DNA of 63,900 bases, counting the filler, from Octopus bimaculoides (Eukaryota): the NCBI RefSeq assembly GCF_001194135.2. It is 7 parts of 7 records of this genome, joined end to end, with 100 filler letters (N's around TTAATTAATTAA, not from the genome) between each part and the next. Parts side by side here need not be neighbours in the genome. Positions count along the whole stretch, not along the records: positions 11,268 to 13,801 come from NC_068997.1; positions 13,902 to 29,571 come from NC_068998.1; 5 more parts are not named here. One strand, given 5' to 3'. Shown in pieces: positions 13,017-25,588 of the stretch. Position numbers and translations under genes: made by a program. The notes beneath the pieces are model-generated. The model did no database searches, was not told the DNA's origin, and worked only from the letters and a program-made list of their open reading frames with translations. Numbering within the stretch: position 1 is the stretch's first letter; every line of letters starts with the position of its first letter.

Positions 13017-13110
13017 CTTCACTATCGACGCCGCCATTTACCCGCTTATTAGATTTTAGAGGAAACCATGATTGGTCGCCGCCCTCAGTATTAACCGCCG
13101 TCACCACCTC
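13017..13110 (-). promoter_or_regulatory. Candidate CpG-retaining promoter and start region (YY1-like AAATGGCGGCG, CCAAT box)
   Basis: GCCGCCATTT at 13030-13039, ATTGG at 13071-13075 and locally high CpG. Minus-strand ATG at 13037 reads MAASIVK into a gap. Confidence 0.3.
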
Positions 13111-13169
13111 AGCCGCCATTACTACTACTACTACTGCTGTTGCTACTACTACTACTACTACTACTATTA

Positions 13170-13202
<33 letters not shown>

Positions 13203-13471
13203 TTAACGCTATTATTACTACTACTACTACAACAAACACCATCATCATAACCACCAATACCAACACCACTACTGCCATCACTACCTCATTACAACCACTG
13301 CCATCACCACTATTACTACTACTACTACTACTACTACCGCCATATTACTTCTACCATCAATACTACTAGCAATACTGCTGCTGCTGCTACTCCTACTGCT
13401 GATTCTACTACCACTACTACTACTACTACAAGTATTTCTTACTGTCATTATTACTACAACTACTGCTACTC

Positions 13472-13801
13472 AGGCGGCGAGCTGGCAGAATCGTTAGCAA
13501 CGCCGGGCGAAATGCTTAGCGGTATTTCGTCTGCCACTGCGTTCTGAGTTCAAATTCCGCCGAAGTTCATCCTTTCGAAGTCGATAAATCAAGTACCAGT
13601 TACACACTGGGGGGTCGATGTAATCAACTTAATCCCTTTGTCTGTCCTTGTTTGTCCCCTCTTTGTTTAACCCCTTTTGGACAGTAAAGAAATAAGAAAC
13701 GTTAGCATACCGGGCGAAATGCTTAGCGGTATTTCGTCTGTCTTTACGTTCTGAGTTCAAATTCCGCTGGGGGTGCGACTTTGCCTTTCATCCTTATGGA
13801 G
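13472..13801 (+). mobile_element. Two tandem SINE family B copies, CpG-rich
   Basis: GGCGGCGAGCTGGCAGAATCGTTAGC...GTTCAAATTCCGCC. The second copy restarts at about 13700 and is cut by a gap. Confidence 0.88.
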
Positions 13802-13901
13802 NNNNNNNNNNNNNNNNNNNNNNNNNNNNNNNNNNNNNNNNNNNNTTAATTAATTAANNNNNNNNNNNNNNNNNNNNNNNNNNNNNNNNNNNNNNNNNNN
13901 N

Positions 13902-13982
13902 CTGTGGTGCTCTTATGTTTACTGTATTGAAAGTGTTTTGCGTAGAATGTGTGCAGTGCCCAGTAGTGCAATTTTCTGTATG
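13902..13982 (-). mobile_element. Extreme 3' end of an R4/Dong-type LINE next to a (TAA)n array
   Basis: The minus frame reads NIQKIALLGTAHILRKTLSIQ*, a typical REL-LINE C-terminus. Confidence 0.7.
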
Positions 13983-13994
13983 TTTATTATTATC

Positions 13995-14048
<54 letters not shown>

Positions 14049-14075
14049 GTTGTTGTTGTTGTTGTTGTTGTTGTT

Positions 14076-14149
<74 letters not shown>

Positions 14150-14160
14150 CATCATTATTA
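13983..14160. repeat. (TTA)n/(TTG)n microsatellite
   Basis: Direct sequence. Confidence 0.95.
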
Positions 14161-15604
14161 CTTTGTATATCTAAGATTCTGTTACCCAATGTCTCCTTTG
14201 TTTTCTGGGAACAATGGAGCATGATGTGTTGGGGGATGGGCGTGGGGGACATTTTGACTGCTATTTCTTGCTTATATATTGACTGCATATAGGCTTTCTT
14301 GCGTAGTGTTGTATACTCTAGTATGGTGCGGTGTTTAGCCCCATAGGTGGTGCAGTGTGGTTGCTACGGGATGCTATACAGCATGGTGTGATTTGGCAGG
14401 GCTCTTTTACTCCTTCCCACGTTTTCCCTGCCCTGCTTCCACCCAAAATTTTGGTGCATGCACCCCCACTTCCTGTGGCTATCCCCATTAAACTTGTTAC
14501 TGACAGCACCACCCTTGCTCCCAACCCCGACGCCTTCACCATCACCACCGCCATCACCAGCTTCACCACCAACACCAACACCTCCACCTTCACCCCCACC
14601 ATCACCAGCTTCACCATCAACACCACCTACACCATCACTTTCACTACTATCACCACCACCTTTGCCACCTTCGCCATTTTNNNNNNNNNNNNNNNNNNNN
14701 NNNNNNNNNNNNNNNNNNNNNNNNNNNNNNNNNNNNNNNNNNNNNNNNNNNNNNNNNNNNNNNNNNNNNNNNNNNNNNNNNNNNNNNNNNNNNNNNNNNN
14801 NNNNNNNNNNNNNNNNNNNNNNNNNNNNNNNNNNNNNNNNNNNNNNNNNNNNNNNNNNNNNNNNNNNNNNNNNNNNNNNNNNNNNNNNNNNNNNNNNNNN
14901 NNNNNNNNNNNNNNNNNNNNNNNNNNNNNNNNNNNNNNNNNNNNNNNNNNNNNNNNNNNNNNNNNNNNNNNNNNNNNNNNNNNNNNNNNNNNNNNNNNNN
15001 NNNNNNNNNNNNNNNNNNNNNNNNNNNNNNNNNNNNNNNNNNNNNNNNNNNNNNNNNNNNNNNNNNNNNNNNNNNNNNNNNNNNNNNNNNNNNNNNNNNN
15101 NNNNNNNNNNNNNNNNNNNNNNNNNNNNNNNNNNNNNNNNNNNNNNNNNNNNNNNNNNNNNNNNNNNNNNNNNNNNNNNNNNNNNNNNNNNNNNNNNNNN
15201 NNNNNNNNNNNNNNNNNNNNNNNNNNNNNNNNNNNNNNNNNNNNNNNNNNNNNNNNNNNNNNNNNNNNNNNNNNNNNNNNNNNNNNNNNNNNNNNNNNNN
15301 NNNNNNNNNNNNNNNNNNNNNNNNNNNNNNNNNNNNNNNNNNNNNNNNNNNNNNNNNNNNNNNNNNNNNNNNNNNNNNNNNNNNNNNNNNNNNNNNNNNN
15401 NNNNNNNNNNNNNNNNNNNNNNNNNNNNNNNNNNNNNNNNNNNNNNNNNNNNNNNNNNNNNNNNNNNNNNNNNNNNNNNNNNNNNNNNNNNNNNNNNNNN
15501 NNNNNNNNNNNNNNNNNNNNNNNNNNNNNNNNNNNNNNNNNNNNNNNNNNNNNNNNNNNNNNNNNNNNNNNNNNNNNNNNNNNNNNNNNNNNNNNNNNNN
15601 NNNN

Positions 15605-15605
15605 N

Positions 15606-15636
<31 letters not shown>

Positions 15637-16110
15637 TTCTGCCTTTCACTCTCTCTCTGTCTTTTATTCTCTGTCGTTCCCTTTCTGTTCTTCACTCTCT
15701 CACTCTCTCTCTCTCTCTCTCTGCCTTTTGCTCTCTATCTGTTTCCTCCTCTCTGTCTCCCTCTCTCTATCTCTCCCACTCTGTCTCTGTCACCCCCTCT
15801 CTGTCTCTCCCTCTTGCTCTGTCTCTCCTTCTCTATCTTCCCTCTCTATCTCCCCCTCTCTGCTACCCCTTCTCTGTCTCCCCTTCTCTTTCTTCCCCCC
15901 TCTGTATCCGTCTGTCTGTCTCCCCCTCTTTATCTCCCTTCTCTATCTCCCCTCTCTACCTCCCCTCTCTATCTCCTCCTCTCTGTCTCTCCCTCTTTTT
16001 CTCCCTCTTGCTCTGTCTCCCCTTCGTTATCTTCCCTCTCTGCTACCCCTTCTCTACCTCCTTCTCTGTCTCCCCCTCTCTGCCTCCCCTCTCTGCCTCC
16101 CCCTCACTAT
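15605..16110. repeat. CT-rich low-complexity polypyrimidine tract
   Basis: Degenerate ctctgtctccc-type units. It explains the S/L/P-rich ORFs. Confidence 0.9.
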
Positions 16111-16916
16111 GTCTAAATATAGTGTTTCTCCTGTTTTCTCTCACATACATAAACTTTCCTAAACTGACGGTTCTCTGATCTTTGGGTTACTAATCTGCTG
16201 TGCTCTTTCCTTACCTCCTCTATCATTATTTCCAAGATTCATGACGATATCAGGAACACACAAAAGACATTCTTACTTCCTGATGAACACACACACACAC
16301 ACACACACTACACAACATGCATAATTCACAAACACACACATATATTAACAAGTACACAATCCCTTCATTTCAAGACTAAACATGTGTAAGCATTAAAAAT
16401 GTATTGACCATATGCTGTGTGATGACTTCTACAATTAGTCTCAGTCATTTATTTTAAAAACCAGCACAAATTAATAAATTTGGACAGTTTTTCTTAAGAT
16501 ATCTTATAAAAAACATGAGCAGCTGTTTGGAAGCTGAGATAAATTCAACACCGAAACTACTGAAACAAAACAGTGAAAATACTTCTACGGGGGTTGTTTG
16601 GTGTACAAGAAATAGCAACCAAATCTTCCTCAAATCACAACCTGCAGGTAATAAATTCAACGCTATTTGAGGTTATTTATAGAAAACAATGAGAAATAGC
16701 AACCAAGTCTTCCTCATATCACAACCTATGGTATTTTGTTTTTGTTTTTATTTTTTAATGGTACATTTGATTATTGTAGTTCTTGATATAATGGACTTGA
16801 AAAATACAGGATGATCATGGTTGGAGTGTCTATGACAACAGATACATTTAATCAGGACTGACATGGGGGCTACACAACAACAACTACTACTACTACTGCT
16901 ACTACTACTACTGCTG

Positions 16917-16955
<39 letters not shown>

Positions 16956-16958
16956 TCG

Positions 16959-16999
<41 letters not shown>

Positions 17000-17229
17000 A
17001 CTACTACTACTACTACTACTACTACTATTGCTACTACAGTAGCCACATACTCTTGATCCAGTGAGAGAGTTGCTGTGCAGCCATTTATTTGACTTGGTAG
17101 AAATACCAAACAAATCTCCTTCAAATCACACTATATTATCTAAAGAAATAAAAGAGCACATCAGATAATGTAGTCCTAGATGCACTGGAAAATAATCCTT
17201 CTGCTATAGGCACAAGGCCTGAAATCTTT

Positions 17230-17492
17230 TAGGGGAGAGGGTTAGTTGATTACATCAACCCACAGTACACAAATGGTACTCATTTTATCAAGCCCAGAAG
17301 GATGAAAAGCAAAATTGATTTTGGAAGAATTTGAATTCAGAACGTGGAGATGGTTGGCAAACTTGCTTCTCAACCACATGGGTTCAGTCCCACTATGTGG
17401 CACCTTGGGCAAATGTTTTCTACTATATCCTTGAGTCAACCAAAGCCCTGTGAGTGGATTTGGTAGATGGAAACTGAAAGAAGCCCATCATA
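17230..17492. mobile_element. SINE family B piece (minus) abutting a SINE family A head (plus)
   Basis: GGTACTCATTTTATC...GGATGAAAAGCAAA (reverse complement of the family B core), then AACCACATGGGTTCAGTCCC...GAAAGAAGCCC. Confidence 0.75.
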
Positions 17493-18181
17493 NNNNNNNN
17501 NNNNNNNNNNNNNNNNNNNNNNNNNNNNNNNNNNNNNNNNNNNNNNNNNNNNNNNNNNNNNNNNNNNNNNNNNNNNNNATATCTTTCCCCCTTTCGTTCT
17601 TCTTTCTGTTACTACTATATCTCTCTCTTCCTCTCTTTCTCTCGTTGCTCACCTATTTTCTACTTCCTCTTCTTTTTTCTCCCTCTACCACTCTTTCTCC
17701 TTACCCCTCGCTGGTCACATGTGTCCAGCTACTAATTCTTTTCTTCCTTGGCTATCGCCAAGCAAACACACAAACCTACTTCGTCCCGCTTCCTTCCAGT
17801 TCGTTGCTTCACAGCATTCAATATACACATAATTTTTCACGTCTGGCCATATAGCCTTTTCCGTTTGTTTTCCTGTCTTGTTTTCTGTCCGCCACTACAT
17901 TCCTCCATGGTACAAAGTTAACTTGTGGTCCGTGGGAAGAGCCATTTTAACGATGTGTCCTGCCCTAACTCTTCAAAACGCCTATGTTAGAATGGTGGCA
18001 GCTGATGAAGGAAAATGTTCTCTATGTGGCCCATATGTGTTCTGTACTCTGGTTATTATTATTTTTTGTCTACGTTTTGTTTGCAACGTCCTGTACCCAG
18101 ATATGCACCTATATATATACAGGTAGATGTAGGTATGCACTTACATGTACGTATATATGCATATACTCATTTATTATTTGT

Positions 18182-18213
<32 letters not shown>

Positions 18214-18529
18214 AATATTCTATAATTATAAACATAATTATAATCAGGGGTCAGATAATTGCTTTGCTATGCACCAAATTTAGAAATAGGAGTTAAATGC
18301 CTTTTCTACTACCATAAAGATCTCCCAGATTGTAACACACTTTTTTACGTAGGCAAAAAGAAAAAATAATGAATCCACACGACTCAGATTAGCTACAGGT
18401 CCAGCCAACATTGAGAATGTGTCTGAGACATCTCTGATGAAAGCGTTCAAAGACCCTTACCTGACATTTGTACAGAGTCCATGTACATACATACGTGCAT
18501 ACATACATGCATACATACATATATACATA

Positions 18530-18700
18530 CAAGTTCAGGTTTATACCTGTAATTATTGGAGCACTGGGATATGTAACACACTGCCTAAATACCTATCTCA
18601 AAACCAGAAAGGAGAAAACTGATTCGAAGACTACAGATCCAATCCATCACTGGAACTGTAAAAATCTGTAAAACTTTACAGAAGTTTACCATTTAAGTAT
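18530..18700 (+). mobile_element. 3' end of a REL-type (R4/Dong-like) LINE
   Basis: Frames read YKFRFIPVIIGALGYVTHCLNTYL and, after a frameshift, LIRRLQIQSITGTVKICKT. Confidence 0.7.
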
Positions 18701-19067
18701 GATATATATAAACATGTCTAGACATGCAACTGTATGCATAAGAAGATATACATAAAATAAAACATACAAATCTGCACACATACATACATACAAACATATA
18801 TACATACATACATACATACATACATACATAAATAAATAAATACATAAATAAATACATAAATAAATAAATACATACATACATACATACATACATACATTCA
18901 TACATACATACATATATACATACATACATACATACATACATGGTTGGATGGAGGGATAGACAGATATATATATATACATAGATAGACAGATATATATATA
19001 TACATAGATAGACAGATATATATATATACATAGATAGACCGACAAACAGACAGACAGACAGACAGAC

Positions 19068-19106
<39 letters not shown>

Positions 19107-19675
19107 CAGTGAGAGAGAGAGAGAGANNNNNNNNNNNNNNNNNNNNNNNNNNNNNNNNNNNNNNNNNNNNNNNNNNNNNNNNNNNNNNNNNNNNNNNNNN
19201 NNNNNNNNNNNNNNNNNNNNNNNNNNNNNNNNNNNNNNNNNNNNNNNNNNNNNNNNNNNNNNNNNNNNNNNNNNNNNNNNNNNNNNNNNNNNNNNNNNNN
19301 NNNNNNNNNNNNNNNNNNNNNNNNNNNNNNNNNNNNNNNNNNNNNNNNNNNNNNNNNNNNNNNNNNNNNNNNNNNNNNNNNNNNNNNNNNNNNNNNNNNN
19401 NNNNNNNNNNNNNNNNNNNNNNNNNNNNNNNNNNNNNNNNNNNNNNNNNNNNNNNNNNNNNNNNNNNNNNNNNNNNNNNNNNNNNNNNNNNNNNNNNNNN
19501 NNNNNNNNNNNNNNNNNNNNNNNNNNNNNNNNNNNNNNNNNNNNNNNNNNNNNNNNNNNNNNNNNNNNNNNNNNNNNNNNTATATATATATAACCCATGC
19601 TAGCATGGAAAGCGGACGTTAAACGATGATGATGATGATGATGATATATATATATATATACATACACGCACACAT

Positions 19676-19726
<51 letters not shown>

Positions 19727-20379
19727 TAAGGTAGAAATCATATACAGATCTAGTTTGGAGTATATATACAAATGTATGGATGTAAGGGAGACAAAATAAA
19801 ATATTTCCAGTTGGTTTATCCGGTATTTTCACAAGATACAACTTTGTAGCCATTGTTGATGGTGTTGTTGCTGCTGCTGGTGCTGGTGCTGGTGAAGGTG
19901 GGGATAGGGTGGGTTCATCTAGAGAAGATGAATGATAAAAAAAAAGTAAATAGTTAGAGAAAAACAAACAAAAGAAGCAAACAGTAAAAAAAAGAAGAAG
20001 GAAACAGAAGATTGATAATTTATAGGAAAATAAAGGTTTATAGGGAAATATAAAGTGAATAAAAAAAAAAGAAGGCAAAAACCATATAAGAAGAAGATAG
20101 GAAGAAAGAGAGAAGAAGGAAAGAAAACTTGGAAGGAAGGAACAAGAAGTAGAGAAATATGGTACAATATATATGGAGAAGTTGTGAAGCAGAAGAGACA
20201 TATAATTTGACTGAAGCAGACGACATCTTTGATTGATCTATTACCTCCCCCACGACCACCACGACCACCACCACAACCACCACCATTGCCATCATCACTT
20301 AATGTTTTGTCTATTTTGTTATTTTGTTTACATACACTCACGCATACATGCACAGACATTTCATAGTTTTAAACAGTAC

Positions 20380-20458
<79 letters not shown>

Positions 20459-20989
20459 CTTCTCTACTGATTGGTCTGCTATTACTCAACTATACAGACA
20501 TGTACACAAGGTTTGTATAATTTATCTATTAACAGATTACATATACAAACACACACACACACAGACATCTATCTATCTATATTTATTTATATATATCCGC
20601 TTGCACACTTACTCACATTTATCATGATTTATATAATATACTTCTCTATAGATTTGTATAATATATGACTGTAGATGCACACACAAACACACATTTCATG
20701 GTTTCTACAGTCTACCACTCTGTTGTGTTTGTTCACTTACTTCACTGAACAGACAAGCAGAAGCACAAATTTCATGATCTGTACAGGTTGACACAAATTT
20801 CATGATTTGTGCAGGTTTGCCTTTCAATGATTTGGTTTTGTAACTTCATTGGAGGCACCCACAAAGAGACACACATTTCATGATTTCTATAGATATCTCT
20901 CTATGTTTATTGATCTATCATTTTACTTGATAAACACAGAAATACACATTTCATGATTTGTACAGTTTTACTTCCCTACAGTTTAACCT

Positions 20990-21240
20990 CTGGAGGCACG
21001 TGGCTTAGTGATTAGGGTGTCAGCATTATGATCGCAAGATTGTGGTTTCAATTTCATGACCGGGCGACGCGTTGTGTTCTTGAGCAAAACACTTCATTTC
21101 ACGTTGCTCCAGTCCACTCAGCTGGCAAAAATGAGTAACGCTGCGATGGACTGGCTTCCCATCCAGCTGGGGAACACATACGTCATAGAAACCGGGAAAC
21201 TGGGCCCATGAGCCTAGCTAGGCTTTAAAAGGGCGCATTT
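20990..21240 (+). mobile_element. tRNA SINE: head 1 (CORE-like) + tail X (V-domain-like)
   Basis: TGGCTTAGTG A-box-like motif, TGTGTTCTTGAGCAAAACACTT and GCTGCGATGGACTGGC..CCCATCCAG. Confidence 0.8.
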
Positions 21241-21535
21241 GTGGAGGCACAATGGCCCAGTGGTTAGGGCAGCGGACTCACGGTTGGAGGATTCCCAGAC
21301 CAGGCGTTGTGTGTGTTTATTGAGCGAAAACATCTAAAGCTCCACGAGGCTCCAGCAGAGGGTGGTGGCGACCCCTGTTGTACTCTTTCATCCCAACTTT
21401 CTCTCACTCTTTCTTCCTGTTTCTTGAGTAATGCTGCGACGGACTGGCGTCCCGTCCAGCTAGGGGGGAACACATATGCCATAGAAACTGGGAAACCAGG
21501 CCCATGAGCCTGGCTAGGCTTTAAAAGGGCACATA
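21241..21535 (+). mobile_element. tRNA SINE: head 2 + tail X, head-to-tail with the previous copy
   Basis: GTGGAGGCACAATGGCCCAGTGGTTAGGGCAGCGGACTC head, with the same 3' tail as 20990-21240. Confidence 0.8.
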
Positions 21536-21604
21536 ATAAAATGATGTAACAGTTTAACCTATAATTTCCCTGAATAGATAGAACTCATATTTCATGATTT
21601 ATTC

Positions 21605-21990
21605 AGGTTTGTGTGGAAGAGGGAAACCCAGGAAGACATGGGATGAAGTAGTGAAAGCCGATCTCAAAATACAAAGAAGGAGACTGAGGACCGATATATG
21701 TGGCGCATTGCTTTATTCAAGTTCCTAAAACTAAGGTGCCACATAAAAAGCATTGGTGTGAGTGGGGGTGCTACATAAAATGCACTGGTGATGGTGCCAT
21801 GTAAAAAGCACCCAGTATACTCTGTAAAGTGGTTGGCATTAGGAAGTGTATCCAGATGTAGAAACCAAGCTAAAACAGACTATGGAATATGGTGTAACCC
21901 CTGGCCTTGCTAGTTCCTGTCAAGCCATCCAACCCATGCCAGCATGGAAAACAGACTTTAAATGATGACGATGATGATGATGATGATGAT
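21605..21990 (+). mobile_element. RTE LINE 3' end plus 3' UTR ending in (GAT)n
   Basis: CGRGKPRKTWDEVVKADLK-like frame followed by GCACCCAGTATACTCTG...TTGGCATTAGGAAG...CCAACCCATGCCAGCATGG...(GAT)n. Confidence 0.7.
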
Positions 21991-22488
21991 CTATCTATTG
22001 TTTGGACTATAACATTTTTTGTACACAAACACATATTTCATGATGTGTACAGTTTTACATTTCTGTGGTTTTTATCTTTTACACAACTGTACAGAAATAC
22101 ATATTTCATGATTTGTACAGTTTTTCTGCTCAATGGTTTTATTTATTATTTCACCGGTAAATAAAATAAATAACGGATCGATGAACACTAAAAGCAGAAT
22201 GAGCTGATTCAATATGACTGTCTGAATGCTGACAAATTGGCACAGCTGACTGGCCATTCATCCTGTTTTGGCAAAAGTACTTTTTGGCACTGGAGGCAAA
22301 CAGACACTCACACACACACACGCATGCATGAACACACACACAGACATAACATACACATATGTGTGCACACACACACACACAGACAAACACATACACGTGC
22401 ACACAAACACACACATACACATACATGCACATGCACATATGTGCACATGCACATATGTGCACACAGAAATATACACATTAAGATACGA

Positions 22489-22524
<36 letters not shown>

Positions 22525-22939
22525 TAGAAAGAGAGAAGACAGATAGACAGACAGACAGAGAAAAGGACATTACAATTTATTAATTGATCACAATTGACAA
22601 ACACTTTCCTTCTCCTCAGACACGTAAAGAGAAATAAGCCGACGTACACATAAGCAGAAAGAGAAAAAGGGAAAGAGAGAGAGGGAGAGAGGGGAGGGAG
22701 AGAGAGAAGGGAGGGAGAAGGGAGAGAGAAGGAGAGAGAGAGAGAGTATACATGGGAAACATTCAGATGTCTGATGGGAAATAAATCAGCAATGCCAGAT
22801 GGGCAATGCCAAAATGGTTTGGCCAAAATACCTCATTCCCTACATTTTTTGAAAACCAAGTAACAGTTTATGCATGAGATAAGCTGACATATCTTCCTTC
22901 TCCAAGTTTATTTAAATCTCTGAGTTTATTTAAATCTCC

Positions 22940-23990
22940 TCTTGGAGTCACTGTTCTCTAACTTATGCTGAAGGACATAATCTTTAGAAGAGAAGGATTT
23001 AGTATTCACAACCTGTTGTCAGTCTTGTTTTCTGATAAAAATATGGAGACTGTGTGACTTGGGTGTTTGCCTAATGGCTAGACAATCAGACAGTTTGCTA
23101 CTTTCTAGAAGTTAATGTTGTAACTGGTTAAGGTCATTTGCATTCCTGGACTCCAAGAGACACGATCCCTTCTCAGTCTATGTGCTATAACTATAGCCTT
23201 CATGTACATCAGTGTAGCCATCATGGTGTCTCCTTATATGTCAAGTAAAGTCACCAACCTTGATAACAAAAACATTATCAATTGTTGTTGTTGGCACTCC
23301 GTCGCTTACGACGTCGAGGGTTCCAGTTGATCCGATCAACGGAACAGCCTGCTCGTGAAATTAACGTGCAAGTGGCTGAGCACTCCACAGACACGTGTAC
23401 CCTTAACGTAGTTCTCGGGGATATTCAGCATGACACAGGGTGACAAGGCTAACCCTTTGAATTACAGGCACAACAGAAACAGGACGTAAGAGTGAGAGAA
23501 AGTTGTGGTGAAAGAGTACAGCAGGGTTCGCCACCATCCCCTGCTGGAGCCTCGTGGAGCTTTAGGTGTTTTAGCTCAATAAACACTCACAACACCCGGT
23601 CTGGGAATCAAAACCGTGATCCTACGACTGCGAGTCCGCTGCCCTAACCACCGGGCCATTACGCCTCCACACATTATCAACTATAATAGAGATATTCTAC
23701 AACAGACCCCAATACAAGCTGTCCTTTTGCTAATATGTTAACTCTGACTGTGGTAAATATACAGAGATTAATGTTGCTGTCATGTTATCCATAACGAGTC
23801 TAAACTTAATTATTCTAACCCACACTCTGACTCCTCAAATTAATTTGGTTTATCACTTTCTCTTCCAACCATATTCCTACAGTGTTGTCCATCCAAAAGG
23901 ACCCATGCTTGTGTCCCTTGCTGATGAAGGGGCTGACTGACACATCTCCCTTTGACTAAATTCTATCTTTATGTGGTCATTTCAAGAACT
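22940..23990 (-). mobile_element. Old RTE endonuclease fragment interrupted by a SINE
   Basis: Decayed minus-strand frames resemble the GDFNGH..HGGYG and NT.FRK..HLITY..QIDY motifs of the RTE APE domain. Confidence 0.55.
23282..23670 (-). mobile_element. Full-length tRNA SINE (head 2 + tail Y) with 10-bp TSD
   Basis: ACATTATCAA at 23272-23281 and 23671-23680, A/B-box-like head and (CAA)n tail. Confidence 0.92.
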
Positions 23991-24446
23991 TATGCTCCAC
24001 ATTGTATCAAGTGCATGATGGACCAAAGCCAAATAAAGAGGTATACACAGAGAATTTTGTAGACCAAGGGGTGCTTTAAGAGCTGCCTGTTTTGCATTGT
24101 TATGTATTTTATAATTTAAGTTTGCATGCTTTTGAAATGACTAAGGACTGAAGGTAAACAAAGTTTCATATAAATTCTTGAGAGGATTAATAAAGTTTGT
24201 TGATTAATTATCATGAGTGATGAGTTATATGCATGCAACCTCTAGCAAGAAGCAAATCAATTCTATAAATATTTCACCAGTGCAACATAGCAAGCAAGCT
24301 TGCTAAGTCTCTATATAGAGTGGTTCTCAACTGGGGTCCATAAAGAGTGGTCCATAAAGAATGGCTCTCAGCTGAGGTCCATAAGGGCCTTGGGGGTCCA
24401 CATAACATTTTGTTGTTAGAATTTATGTGAAATAAATTATTTATAC

Positions 24447-24717
24447 ATTATTTACATTATTTACATTGGACGGATATGTGTCCTCATCTTGTTTGTTGTT
24501 AGCACAACGTTTCGGCTGATTTATTCTCCAACCTTCATCAGGTGTCCTGGTAGAATTTTGAACCCAGCCCTGGGTTCTCATTCCTAAGGTATTTTGTTTT
24601 TTTGCTGATGTTATTATCATTATTATTATCATTATTTATTCAAGGTACTTCCTGGAATTGAACTCGCAATATTGGGGTTAGTAGCCCATGCTCTTAACCA
24701 TTGCACTATATGCCCGT
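24447..24717 (-). mobile_element. tRNA SINE family E with hammerhead-like, PLE-type tail
   Basis: Minus strand: tRNA-like head (GAGTTCAATTCC B-box-like), (TAA)n linker, then GACAC-CTGATGA-A-GGTTG..CAGCC-GAAACGTT-GTGCT at 24502-24546. Confidence 0.75.
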
Positions 24718-24719
24718 AT

Positions 24720-24900
24720 TAAAGGGATTAAGTCGATGACATCGACCCCAATGCATAACTGGTACTTAATTTATCAACACCGAAAGGATGAAAGGCAAAG
24801 TCGACCATGGCGGAATTTGAACTCAGAAGGTAACAGCAGATGAAATACCGCTAAGCATTTCGCCCAGCGTGCTAACGATTCTGCCAGCTCACCGCCCTCT
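24720..24900 (-). mobile_element. SINE family B
   Basis: Reverse complement of the family B head and core (GGATGAAAGGCAAAGTCGAC...TGCCAGCTCACCGCC). Confidence 0.85.
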
Positions 24901-25122
24901 CTTATGCTATTCTAGTCATCGTATGATGACTGGTAGCACCAATCAACAGCTCACCGTAAACAAACTACAGGGTGGGAGTACTAAATAGTGACATGAATAA
25001 CTGCAATGTCATTACCAGTTCAAATATACTTGTGGCACATTCGAATTCGGTTTCTGTGATTGAAGGGGAGATAATTACTCCGAAATGCTTGATAGGTGGT
25101 GCTGCTGGTTGATTTAGGTGTA

Positions 25123-25588
25123 CCGTAAATCCTTGAGTATAGTCCGCCCTTGAGTATAATACACAGGGGAGTTTTAGGGGGCTGTACCTCTGAAAAACCT
25201 AGAACTTGTGTATGATATGCACCCCTTCTCTAACTTGAGTCAAGGAAGTCTATATAACATCCTTGGTTTGTACACATATACAGTAACGTCCTTTATTATT
25301 ATTGTATATACAACATAATGCAAACGTGTAGCTTTTTTGTGCACTTTGTTTGCAGAAAATAAAGAAATAACAGTAGTAATGTATGTTAAAAATAAATATA
25401 GCTTAAGGTATTAGCTTAACGTATTTTCGCACAAAATGCGTCTGAATAAACATTGCCAGACAGCAAATAGAGACTTGGTCATTGCTTAGAAAATATTTTT
25501 CATTTTTAACCTCGTATATAATACGCACTAGGGATTTTGACCTTTAAATTTTAGGAAAAAAATGCGGATTATACTCGAGGATTTACGG
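25123..25588. mobile_element. Tc1/mariner-superfamily (pogo-like) MITE
   Basis: TIRs CCGTAAATCCTTGAGTATAGTCCGC and GCGGATTATACTCGAGGATTTACGG, flanked by TA on both sides. Confidence 0.85.

Noticed and set aside
9643-16178. Long ORFs (300-600 aa) in the track here and at 18693-20201, 27433-28746, 50497-51247 and 57539-58494
   Set aside because: They consist of X from N-gaps and microsatellite read-through, not real coding sequence.
17995-18050. CTGATGAAGG possible hammerhead core
   Set aside because: No matching stem II partner or GAAA found downstream in this copy.
18353-18480. Plus-strand open stretch AKRKNNESTRLRLATGPANIENVSETSLMKAFKDPYL after an AG acceptor
   Set aside because: No convincing donor, no recognisable homology, and it lies next to a LINE remnant.
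23560-23670. tRNA-like sequences with A and B boxes (also at 21241, 24640-24717, 39408 and others)
   Set aside because: They continue into SINE bodies and lack a complete cloverleaf, so they are SINE heads rather than tRNA genes.
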